In this document: in pieces, positions 1-8,166 of the stretch
Position numbering within the stretch: position 1 is the stretch's first letter
How the letters are laid out: each line of letters opens with the position of its first letter
DNA from: Candidatus Saccharimonadota bacterium
GTDB lineage: Bacteria > Patescibacteriota > Gracilibacteria > UBA4473
Direction of reading: 5' to 3'
Assembly (NCBI GenBank): GCA_965228485.1
Contig: OZ245819.1
Span: forward strand, 360,001-392,000
DNA: 32,000 bases
Translations under genes and position numbers: made by a program
Notes under the pieces: generated by a model
Told to the model about the DNA's origin: nothing
The model's database searches: none
The model's input: only the letters and a program-made list of their open reading frames with translations

Positions 1-351
1 TTAGAAATTCACAGCGACATTTTCGGCTTCTACAGAAATGAAATTCTTAGTATTGATTGATACCATTTCCTGCACAAATTCATCACTTTCTAACGCGTAA
101 ATACTCGAAGGAATGGCGAGTAAAATATCCATGTCTTCTACTTCTTTTTGGTAAGACAATTGTTCTGCCTTCAAAGACTCCATATCAAACCCCTGTGTTG
201 CTAATGCATTTAACATCATCAAATACACCACTCCAAGCACAATATTCAGAATAAATAAACCAATAAAAAAGTGTTTAACATAGGCTTGTAAACCTTTTTC
301 AATATTAAATATAGGTTGAGCTGACGCAGGATCGAAGTAAGTAATATTCAT
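1..351 (-). CDS. FtsL-like bitopic cell-division membrane protein (116 aa)
   Basis: Complete ORF (ATG at 351, TAA at 1-3) starting 6 nt after the rsmH stop, the position ftsL holds in dcw clusters. One TM helix 'FFIGLFILNIVLGVVYLMMLNAL' is followed by a charged heptad-like segment 'ESLKAEQLSYQKEVEDMD'. Assigned by position and architecture only, not by a diagnostic motif. Confidence 0.55.
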   Translation of the reverse strand: MNITYFDPASAQPIFNIEKGLQAYVKHFFIGLFILNIVLGVVYLMMLNALATQGFDMESLKAEQLSYQKEVEDMDILLAIPSSIYALESDEFVQEMVSINTKNFISVEAENVAVNF

Positions 352-357
352 ATTTTT

Positions 358-1293
358 TTAATTTTTTTGAGCCACTCTAAATTTTGCCGATCGGGCACGG
401 CTATTTTGTTCAATTTCCCCTTCTGAAGGGGCTATTGCTTTTTTCGTTAGTAAGGTCAATTGCGCTGGAGTAACTGGTTCATGAAGTGAGAAATCAGTTT
501 GAATTGTTTTTGGTTTTGAATGAAGTTTGAAAAACTTTTTTACAATTCGATCTTCTAATGAGTGATAAGAAATCACTCCAATTCGATCTCCCTCATTCAT
601 CACTTCCAGAGCCGCTGAAAGCGCCTTTTCTAAATGACGAAGCTCATCATTAACCGCAATTCTAAAAGCCTGAAACACTCTCGTCAGAGCTTTTTTTCTA
701 TCTTTTGGATGCACATTGGATTCAACAATGCCTCTTAACTCAGAAGTCATTTTTATCGGCTGATGCTGTCTATACTCGATCATTTTTCGAGCAATTTTTC
801 TCGCTTGAGGCTCTTCACCAAAGTCTTTCAAAATGGTAGTCAACTCTTGTTCCGTAGAGTGATTTACCAGGTTATCACATTTTTCAACATCACTAGAAAA
901 AGACATATTTAGTGGACCATCTCCCACAAAAGAAAAACCTTTTTCTGGATCATCAAAGTGATTCGAACAAACTCCTAAATCCAGTAAAATTGATAGTGTC
1001 CCATCTGAATCAGGAACACGCTCCATCATATCGGCGATATCTGAAAAATTCCCCTGATTGAGATAGAGTTTTTGACTCCAAGTTTTGAGTCGGTCTTTTG
1101 CAAAATCTAAATGCTGTACATCAAGATCTGACGCCACGTAAAAATCTAATTGAGGCACCGAAGAAAGAATAGCTTCTGCATGTCCCCCCAATCCTAAGGT
1201 TCCATCAAAAAACACCTTCGTATCTTCTGTAATCAAGAAATCCATAACTTCTTTTAACAGCACTGGGTGATGAGTTAGCTTTTCAACAGTCAT
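358..1293 (-). CDS. rsmH: 16S rRNA (cytosine1402-N4)-methyltransferase RsmH/MraW
   Basis: 311-aa ORF. The N-terminus 'HHPVLLKEVMDFL...FFDGTLGLGGHAEAIL' matches the RsmH signature (H-x-PVL ... D-x-T-x-G-x-GGH). 'SYHSLEDRIVK' lies in the C-terminal half. A dcw-type neighbour follows. Confidence 0.93.
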   Translation of the reverse strand: MTVEKLTHHPVLLKEVMDFLITEDTKVFFDGTLGLGGHAEAILSSVPQLDFYVASDLDVQHLDFAKDRLKTWSQKLYLNQGNFSDIADMMERVPDSDGTLSILLDLGVCSNHFDDPEKGFSFVGDGPLNMSFSSDVEKCDNLVNHSTEQELTTILKDFGEEPQARKIARKMIEYRQHQPIKMTSELRGIVESNVHPKDRKKALTRVFQAFRIAVNDELRHLEKALSAALEVMNEGDRIGVISYHSLEDRIVKKFFKLHSKPKTIQTDFSLHEPVTPAQLTLLTKKAIAPSEGEIEQNSRARSAKFRVAQKN

Positions 1294-1578
1294 TTAATGA
1301 TCAATTTTTTAGGCTTTGTGCAAAAGTTGTGCACAGTTCGTGTAAAACTCAAAACAGAATCTATCCCTTTACCAGAAAGGCTTATAACTAATATTTACCC
1401 AATATTAGAACAATTTTTGTGTTTATACAAGCTTTTTTTCCTTTTTATGATTGAGATAACGAATTTTCTGTTTTATTTTTTTGTTCAGTTAGATCAATTT
1501 TTTTATTCTACACATTTTTTACACAAAAATGTTTTAGTTTGAAAAAAAAACGACAAGCATTAGCATTCTCTGGAATTG

Positions 1579-2055
1579 ATGAAAGAATACTTTTACACAC
1601 TACTCATATCGGTCACTCCAGTACTTGAACTGAGAGCTTCTATTCCTATTGCCATATTGAAATACGAATTATCCCCTCTTGAGGCACTAATTATTTCCTG
1701 TATAGGAGGTATTATTGTAGCCGCTATATCGTTGGCACTACTACCTGTAATCGTCCATATAGCAGAGAAACATATTCCTTTTGTGGAATCTATTTTGAAT
1801 AAAATTTTTGCTCACACAAGAAAGAAGCATAGCGAAAAAATGAATCTATTAGGAGACATATTCTTGGTAATATTTGTTGCCATCCCCCTTCCCGGAAGTG
1901 GTTTTTTCAGTGGAAGTATTATCGCTTATCTATTTGGAATAAAGTTCTGGAAAGCCCTACTCCTTATAGGAACAGGAATAATTTTTAGTGGAATAATTGT
2001 TACTTTCTTAACCATTAGTGGACAAAGCCTTTGGGAACTGCTAGCGAAGTCTTAG
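1579..2055 (+). CDS. small polytopic membrane protein, putative small multidrug-export family (COG2426-like)
   Basis: 158-159 aa with 4-5 hydrophobic helices. The N-terminal 'PVLELRASIPIA' resembles the ELRxxIP motif of that family. The tracked ORF starts at TTG 1576, but ATG 1579 is the more likely start. Confidence 0.5.
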   Translation: MKEYFYTLLISVTPVLELRASIPIAILKYELSPLEALIISCIGGIIVAAISLALLPVIVHIAEKHIPFVESILNKIFAHTRKKHSEKMNLLGDIFLVIFVAIPLPGSGFFSGSIIAYLFGIKFWKALLLIGTGIIFSGIIVTFLTISGQSLWELLAKS

Positions 2056-2547
2056 AGGTGGGTTTTCTGTGTAGTCCCATATCTGTGAAGGCGCGTTAAG
2101 TGAAATGCTTTTTACAATTTCACAATATTGAACCTGATCTCCAAAAGCCTTTTTAAGCTCTTTAATTGAATATATTGGTACGTCACCACTAAAATTTGCA
2201 GAAGTCGCCGTCACGGGAACTTCTATGACTGATTTTATTTGGGGTATATTACAAACTCTAAATCCAACTTTATCTTTAGGCCAAAACTGACTCATTGGTA
2301 ATTTCTTTTTTGGTTTCAGCAATAATGTAAAAGCAAAGTTATCTAAATATCCCCTATCAACATCTTTGGGAATTCGGGCATATTCTTCGAGCATCTCCCA
2401 ATCTTTTACCATTAAAGAAAAATATTTACTCGCATCACGACCTTTTAGTTTGGCTAATTTTTGCAATGCCTTTCCATCATCACATCGAACCCCAAGCCCA
2501 AAACTTGTGTCGGTTGGATAGGCCCATATTTCGCCTTTATTAAACAT
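2041..2547 (-). CDS. tsaC: YrdC/Sua5-domain protein (L-threonylcarbamoyladenylate synthase, TsaC-like)
   Basis: 'IWAYPTDTSFGLGV' (YPTDT-x-[YF]GLG motif), 'TSANFSG' and the C-terminal 'PSQIWDYTENPPLRLR' are typical YrdC-domain motifs. I prefer ATG 2547 (MFNKGEIW...) over the tracked GTG 2580, because the 2548-2580 extension overlaps the tRNA promoter -35 box and adds a non-conserved hydrophobic stub. Confidence 0.75.
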   Translation of the reverse strand: MFNKGEIWAYPTDTSFGLGVRCDDGKALQKLAKLKGRDASKYFSLMVKDWEMLEEYARIPKDVDRGYLDNFAFTLLLKPKKKLPMSQFWPKDKVGFRVCNIPQIKSVIEVPVTATSANFSGDVPIYSIKELKKAFGDQVQYCEIVKSISLNAPSQIWDYTENPPLRLR

Positions 2548-2570
2548 GAGCACAAAGTAACAAAAAAAAT

Positions 2571-2598
2571 TTGACCCCACAATAATTTTTTCTAATAT
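2571..2598 (+). promoter_or_regulatory. sigma70-type promoter for tRNA-Gly (TTGACC-N16-TAATAT)
   Basis: TTGACC at 2571-2576, a 16-nt spacer, then TAATAT at 2593-2598. The mature tRNA 5' end (2611) lies 12 nt after the -10 box. Confidence 0.55.
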
Positions 2599-2610
2599 TC
2601 CTTGGCTGTT

Positions 2611-2685
2611 GCGCGTGTAGTATAATGGCTATTATGCCGGCCTTCCAAGCCGAGGATGAGGGTTCGATTCCCTCCACGCGCTCCA
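2611..2685 (+). tRNA. tRNA-Gly, anticodon UCC, CCA encoded
   Basis: Hand-folded cloverleaf. Acceptor GCGCGTG/CACGCGC has 7 perfect pairs. The anticodon stem CCGGC/GCCGA has one C-A mismatch, and the loop is CT-TCC-AA. T arm is GAGGG-TTCGATT-CCCTC. Discriminator is T, then CCA at 2683-2685. Confidence 0.9.
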
Positions 2686-2695
2686 CTCAAGTAAG

Positions 2696-2721
2696 CTCGA
2701 ACATAAAGTTTGAGTTTTTTT
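2696..2721 (+). terminator. rho-independent terminator after tRNA-Gly
   Basis: Stem CTCGAAC (2696-2702) / GTTTGAG (2708-2714) gives 7 bp including one G-U. The loop is ATAAA and a T7 run follows at 2715-2721. Confidence 0.5.
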
Positions 2722-2738
2722 GTAGATCAACACAAAAT

Positions 2739-5711
2739 CTACTTAACATCTATTAACTTATCCAAAACTTTATAAGTAGGAATAAGCCCCTCTGTATAAT
2801 TCGTGGTATAGTTTAAAGCAAATATTACTTTATCCCTTTCTTCATATTTAGCTTTTCTAATTTTCTCTCTATTTTCTTTCCAATATTGACACAAACGATC
2901 TTTATTCAACACTTTTGTAAACTCTCTTTCAGCAGGAAACCAATCTCGTTTCAAACCACCTTCAACATCCCAATCATCAGTAAAGTGTTTTAATAGATAT
3001 TCTAAAAAGTATTCATAAGCCCGATCATCAACCTCAGGATTAAAACAAAAATCAAAAATATAATCCATCATCACTTTATAGATTCCGTGTTTGTCTGCTT
3101 TTCTCTCTTCATCATAGAATCCGATACCTACACCATGGTCAATATCTTTATTACTTAATTGGTAAATAATAAAACCCTCTAAGCGTGTTTTAGATTTACT
3201 AACGAGGTCTTCAAAGTCTTCTACGGAAACCTTGCTCTCTATATATTCTAGATAATTTCCACAGAGAAACTCTGCACTCACCTCTTCGATCTCTTTAAAA
3301 ATATTTTTTTTCTGATCAATATACCTCTCTTTAAACAGCTTAAAGACCAACTGCGATATTTCCCGCATTTCTTCAACAACAATACTTCTAATACTTCCTT
3401 GGGTCGGCGCATCTTTATCAGCATGAAAAGAAAGTGACCTAGAAAGATTATGAATATCCCCTCCCCGATCTTGGCAACAGAGCAGTCTAAACATCATAAG
3501 GTCATTAAACCCTAGAATTCCCCGCTTCTTATTGGCTAAAATTTTAGGCACAATTCCTAATTCTGATTTTTTGCCTTCAAAAACCCAATTATTGGCAATC
3601 TTTATTACATTTTCATCTGAATTATGGGTACTCACATCCTCATTCTTGTTAGTCCACCCAAAACGATCCAAAAGACGAATTAAAAAATAATGCAGTGTAT
3701 CTCTAAATCCAGTATTTTCGATTTCAATGAACGAATGATTCGGAAAAACACCTAAGGCATATTCTATAATTTCTTTAGTCTTATCTTTCGCCTGTGATGG
3801 GAATTTATCAACTGGAGCATTAACGATTACTCTCCATAATTGCTCATGAATTCCTTCACCTCGTTCTGGCTTAAAAATCTCTTCTTTAAAGACTTCTGAA
3901 ATACTTTCAGTAAAAATGTCATTTAGTTTGTTTAAGAAAAACCGATACTGAGAGCTTGCTTCTGGGAGTTTATTGTCAGCAATTAACTGAAGATAAAACT
4001 CTAGATTCCTCCCGCCAGATGAGTAAGTATGACCGTTAAAACAAGCAAAATTTGTCTCTGCATATTTAGAAACATTTGAGGCTAAAATTATATCTTTATC
4101 CTCATCATTACCATGCAACCATGAATCATTTTTATCTTTTAAACGTTGCTTAATTTCCTCAACCCCAAACAGCTGATTTAATAAAAATTTCTGATCATCT
4201 GTACACTCCTCCAAAAAACCTTTGTAATATTCTGAATTTTTATAAACAGTCTGAGAATTCTCATACTCTCTTAGTAAAGAAAAACAGCCACACCCCTTAC
4301 CTGTTTCTGTTTGGTAAATTTCCCTAAAAACATTGGGATAATAAACATAGATTAAAAATAAATGAGCTAAGTCCTGAGGCACAATGTCAAAATCTCTCAA
4401 GGAAGTTACGCCTTTGTCACTAATCAAATGTGCTGAATTGATTATTTTTTTTATTTTACGAACCGAGCCTAAAAAATGTCGATAATCAGAACCTTTTTCT
4501 ATCTTCAATAAACTTAATAGTCCCTTAAATAATATTTCCACCAAGGGAGTTGCTGATAAGTTTTTTTGTAAATACTTTTTAGAAAGTTCATTAAAAGCTT
4601 CAATCAATTTTTCTCGACTAAAATAGAGACTATATTTCACATTTACAAACTTCTCTAGAAATTCATCAATATTCTCTCTAGAACACCCCTCTTTTTCTAA
4701 ATTTTTCGTATCATAACACAGCACATAAGAAATATTTGGAAGTTTAAATGCTTTGTTTATGCCATAGAGAATTTCTTTTACTTCATCGAATTTCAATCGA
4801 TCTAAATCATCAATCACAATAATTAACTTTTTCTCAAAGTTGCCTAGAACCTTTTCTAGTTCTTTAAAAATATCATTAGGAGATGTTTTTGGCACTAAAA
4901 AATTAAAATTCAATCCCCAAAAGGAAAAGTTCGCCTTAGAATTTTCTAAAACTTTTAGATAATCCCCAATTAGTGAACCTAGCTCTGGCACAAATTTTTC
5001 TTTTTTTATTTGCTCGGCAATTTCCAAAACAAGCTTCTCAAATAAATTATCTTTATTCTCATACTGCAATGGCTCAAAAGTAAAGAATATAATTTTATTT
5101 TTATCTAAATTCCGTCTAACCAAATTCAAAAACGAAGTTTTCCCCCCTCCCCAAGGAGCGTCTAAACCAAAAACCAAAGTTTCAGGAGAATGATTGTCAT
5201 AGATTTTTTCAGCAAAACTCTGTGCCTTATCTCCAAACCCTAATAAATCAGCTTCTGGTTCTTTAATTTCTTTGTCGGATAAAAAATAAGATTTTTTTTT
5301 ATTTTTAGAGACTAAAATAGGCTTTCTAAAAATCAAATAGATAAAGCTCGAAGGAAAAATCAATAGTAAAAAAATAATTTGAATAAGATTCAAATTAGAA
5401 TAAACCTTGACTAGAAAAGGCATTTGAAAGGAAGAAAAACAGAACACAGCCCCCATTCCAATTAAGAAAACAAAGGAAATATCCAATCTCCTACTTTCAA
5501 GTATTTTTCTTAGATATATTTCAAATGATTTTTTCAAAAAACATTCAAATACAATAAAAAATGAGACGATAGTAATAAAAAGAAAAAAGTATCGATAATC
5601 GCCCTCATTACTATCTCTAAAAAATGAAAAAAAGAACCAAATAAAAAAAATCTCTGCACACAATACTCCCCTGAAAAAATAACTTAATAAAACCTTGAAA
5701 TCACCCTTCAT
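2739..5711 (-). CDS. KAP-family P-loop NTPase with four N-terminal transmembrane helices (990 aa)
   Basis: Walker A 'LDAPWGGGKTSFL' (aa 183-195, nt ~5133-5156) and Walker B 'LIIVIDDLDRL' (aa 296-306) are the KAP (Kidins220/ARMS-PifA) signatures. Four hydrophobic helices lie within aa ~10-130. The long helical C-terminal ~650 aa has no motif I recognise. Confidence 0.8.
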   Translation of the reverse strand: MKGDFKVLLSYFFRGVLCAEIFFIWFFFSFFRDSNEGDYRYFFLFITIVSFFIVFECFLKKSFEIYLRKILESRRLDISFVFLIGMGAVFCFSSFQMPFLVKVYSNLNLIQIIFLLLIFPSSFIYLIFRKPILVSKNKKKSYFLSDKEIKEPEADLLGFGDKAQSFAEKIYDNHSPETLVFGLDAPWGGGKTSFLNLVRRNLDKNKIIFFTFEPLQYENKDNLFEKLVLEIAEQIKKEKFVPELGSLIGDYLKVLENSKANFSFWGLNFNFLVPKTSPNDIFKELEKVLGNFEKKLIIVIDDLDRLKFDEVKEILYGINKAFKLPNISYVLCYDTKNLEKEGCSRENIDEFLEKFVNVKYSLYFSREKLIEAFNELSKKYLQKNLSATPLVEILFKGLLSLLKIEKGSDYRHFLGSVRKIKKIINSAHLISDKGVTSLRDFDIVPQDLAHLFLIYVYYPNVFREIYQTETGKGCGCFSLLREYENSQTVYKNSEYYKGFLEECTDDQKFLLNQLFGVEEIKQRLKDKNDSWLHGNDEDKDIILASNVSKYAETNFACFNGHTYSSGGRNLEFYLQLIADNKLPEASSQYRFFLNKLNDIFTESISEVFKEEIFKPERGEGIHEQLWRVIVNAPVDKFPSQAKDKTKEIIEYALGVFPNHSFIEIENTGFRDTLHYFLIRLLDRFGWTNKNEDVSTHNSDENVIKIANNWVFEGKKSELGIVPKILANKKRGILGFNDLMMFRLLCCQDRGGDIHNLSRSLSFHADKDAPTQGSIRSIVVEEMREISQLVFKLFKERYIDQKKNIFKEIEEVSAEFLCGNYLEYIESKVSVEDFEDLVSKSKTRLEGFIIYQLSNKDIDHGVGIGFYDEERKADKHGIYKVMMDYIFDFCFNPEVDDRAYEYFLEYLLKHFTDDWDVEGGLKRDWFPAEREFTKVLNKDRLCQYWKENREKIRKAKYEERDKVIFALNYTTNYTEGLIPTYKVLDKLIDVK

Positions 5712-5841
5712 TGTTTTTTATGTTATTTATTTTTTTTTAGAATAAAACCATGAATTTAATTCATTTTTAATATTCAAAAAAATAACTCGCACGTTTTATA
5801 AAAATCTTTAGTATAACGCCGAATCTAACCCTATCCCATTC

Positions 5842-7722
5842 ATGTCAACACTTGATAATGCACAAAAACAACTAATAAATGCTTTTACCAAATCATGCCG
5901 TCGAACAATGCTTGGTATGCTTAAAACTTCTCAATCTGGACATCCAGGAGGAAGTCTCAGTAGCCTAGATTTTTTAGCGGTACTTTATACCCAAAGACTG
6001 GGAAAAACTCATGAGCCTATCGTCGTTTCCAACGGACACATTTCCCCAGGAGTTTACAGCGTACTGGCTGAAATGGGCGCTATTGATAAAGAACAAGTGA
6101 TTAATGAATTCCGACAAATTGGTTCTGTTTTTGAAGGACATGTAACTCGACACATTCCAGGGATTTATTTCGGAACTGGACCACTAGGGGTTGGAGTTTC
6201 TGTTGCGGCTGGTTTTGCTAAATCCGAAAAACTTAAAGGGTCTGATAAAAAAGTCTTTGGTCTCATTGGAGACGGAGAGGCACAGGAAGGTCAGGTTCAA
6301 GAAATGGCTCTTTTTGCCGCTAATGAAGACCTTAATAATTTAGTAGTTTTTTGTGACTACAACCGAGTACAGCTAACCGATAGCTTGGAAGCTACTATGC
6401 CGATTGATGTGGCAAATATTTTCAAAGCTTACGGATGGAATGTCGTCGAAATCGATGGACACGATCATGATCAACTACTTGGCGCTATTAATACAGAAAG
6501 TGACAAACCCACGATGATTGTAGGACAGACTATTATGGGATACGGAATTCCGATGATGGAAGAATCTGGAAGAAATGATAAAGCCGACTGGCACGGAAAA
6601 GCTCCAAAACCAGATCAAATTGATGAACAACTACAGACTGAAGCTCTGACGCTTTCTAATGAAGAATTAAGCCTTCTAGACAATTTCCGATCTGAGACAA
6701 ATTTCAAACCAGCCCCAAACTCCTGGGAAGATAATCTAGCTTCCACAGAAATCAATGGAGGAACTCCAAATGTATACACTGCCGATGAATTAACCGACTG
6801 TCGAAGCGCTTATGGAAAGGCCCTTTTGAGTCTTGCTCAAGAAAACAGTAATGTTATTGCTGGAACCGCAGACCTTGGAGGATCGGTTATGACCAAATTT
6901 GTAAAAGCAGAACTCCCAGATCAGCATATTGAGTTTGGTATTTGTGAACAAAATATGGTTAGCGCTGCTGGAGGGTTGTCGGTTAATGGATTTACTCCTT
7001 TTGTTTCTACTTTTGGAGCGTTTATGAGTAGTCGAGCCAAAGATCAAGCTCGAGTGAATGATATTAATGGAGCGAATGTAAAAATGGTTTCAACTCACTG
7101 CGGACTCTCTGTTGGAGAAGACGGGCCAACTCATCAAGCTATTGATGATATGGGATCCTTTCTCGGAATGTTTAATACTAATGTTTGTGAACCCGCTGAT
7201 CCAAACCAGTGTGATAGAATCATTAGATATGCCGCTACTCACTATGGAAATTTTTACGTAAGAATGGGAAGACATAAAATTCCAAATCTAACAAAAGCTG
7301 ATGGTTCTCTGCTATTTGATGCTGACTACGAATATTACTACGGAAAAACCGATATCCTAAGAGAAGGAAACACTCTTACTATTGTTGCTTCTGGACCAAT
7401 GGTTATTGAAGCTCAAAAAGCGGTCGAAGCCAGTGGTATTGATGCTGAAATTCTTATTGCCTCCAGCCCAAAACAGTTTGATGAAGGATTAAAAGCTTCA
7501 CTCCAAAAAACTCGAAAAGTTGTAGTTGTAGAAGATCACAACCGAAAAAGTGGATATGGATCACAAGTAGCGCTTTATGCAGTAGAAAATGGTATTCAAC
7601 TCGATAAATTCCAATCTATTGCCGTTGAAGAATATCAACTCTCAGGAAAACCTGCTGAACTCTATGACAGTGCAAATATTGGAGCCAAAGCTATTGAAGA
7701 AGTGCTGAATCAATTCAAATAA
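5842..7722 (+). CDS. tkt: transketolase (single-polypeptide form, 626 aa)
   Basis: 'GHPGGSLSSLDFLAVLY' is the ThDP-binding N-terminus, and 'GDGEAQEGQVQEMA' is the GDG...EG motif. 'EFGICEQNMVS' and 'THCGLSVGEDGPTHQAIDD' are also present. All three domains are in one ORF. Confidence 0.93.
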   Translation: MSTLDNAQKQLINAFTKSCRRTMLGMLKTSQSGHPGGSLSSLDFLAVLYTQRLGKTHEPIVVSNGHISPGVYSVLAEMGAIDKEQVINEFRQIGSVFEGHVTRHIPGIYFGTGPLGVGVSVAAGFAKSEKLKGSDKKVFGLIGDGEAQEGQVQEMALFAANEDLNNLVVFCDYNRVQLTDSLEATMPIDVANIFKAYGWNVVEIDGHDHDQLLGAINTESDKPTMIVGQTIMGYGIPMMEESGRNDKADWHGKAPKPDQIDEQLQTEALTLSNEELSLLDNFRSETNFKPAPNSWEDNLASTEINGGTPNVYTADELTDCRSAYGKALLSLAQENSNVIAGTADLGGSVMTKFVKAELPDQHIEFGICEQNMVSAAGGLSVNGFTPFVSTFGAFMSSRAKDQARVNDINGANVKMVSTHCGLSVGEDGPTHQAIDDMGSFLGMFNTNVCEPADPNQCDRIIRYAATHYGNFYVRMGRHKIPNLTKADGSLLFDADYEYYYGKTDILREGNTLTIVASGPMVIEAQKAVEASGIDAEILIASSPKQFDEGLKASLQKTRKVVVVEDHNRKSGYGSQVALYAVENGIQLDKFQSIAVEEYQLSGKPAELYDSANIGAKAIEEVLNQFK

Positions 7723-8105
7723 TGGCAGAAATATTAGGATTGTTTAATAAGCCAATTGAGGCCAAAAAACTTTTAGAATTACACCCAAATGATCAAGAGA
7801 ATGTTTCTAAAGGCCTTACTCTTTTAGAAAGGCTCTCTGACGTTACTCAAATCCCAGAACTGAATACGGCGGATCAACAAGCGCTCTTCACCCTAGCGGC
7901 TATTGATGCTCGTGTAGGAGGTGGCATCATAGATACTCAACAAGCTCGTACTATATCATTTTTATTAAAGGATATTATTACTCCTGACATTGTGGCTCGT
8001 GCTATCATTAAAAGCTATGAACACCATGGATTGATAGGAGTCGGAGTTCTCCCTGAAGCAGAAATAATTGAAGGTTCAGTAAATACTTCCAAAAGCCTAA
8101 ATTAA
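7722..8105 (+). CDS. hypothetical protein (127 aa), translationally coupled to tkt
   Basis: The ATG overlaps the tkt stop (TAATG at 7720-7724). The protein is soluble and I recognise no motif. Coding status rests on ORF length and the coupling. Confidence 0.5.
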   Translation: MAEILGLFNKPIEAKKLLELHPNDQENVSKGLTLLERLSDVTQIPELNTADQQALFTLAAIDARVGGGIIDTQQARTISFLLKDIITPDIVARAIIKSYEHHGLIGVGVLPEAEIIEGSVNTSKSLN

Positions 8106-8166
8106 AAAGTTTATAAAAAGTTTTTCATTTATGATAGACTTCGGATCAAAGAACTATCAGATGTAA

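Noticed and set aside
1297-1542. 81-aa ORF in the rsmH upstream region (a possible mraZ substitute)
   Set aside because: It has a low-complexity Phe/Leu/Ile-rich translation produced by AT-rich DNA, and no resemblance to MraZ (no SpoVT/AbrB-like repeat).
5750-5764. Perfect 15-nt palindrome ATGAATT-T-AATTCAT in the KAP/tkt divergent region as an operator
   Set aside because: It is real, with 7-bp arms. It is made only of A/T-rich sequence in an extremely AT-rich spacer, it is not repeated elsewhere in the window, and no regulator gene is adjacent. A chance occurrence is plausible.
2686-5841. Classical tRNA-targeting integrative island (integrase plus att direct repeat of the tRNA 3' end)
   Set aside because: No integrase or recombinase ORF is present. 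I found no copy of the tRNA 3' segment (ggttcgattccctccacgcgctcca) in 5712-5841. Only the compositional and positional arguments remain.
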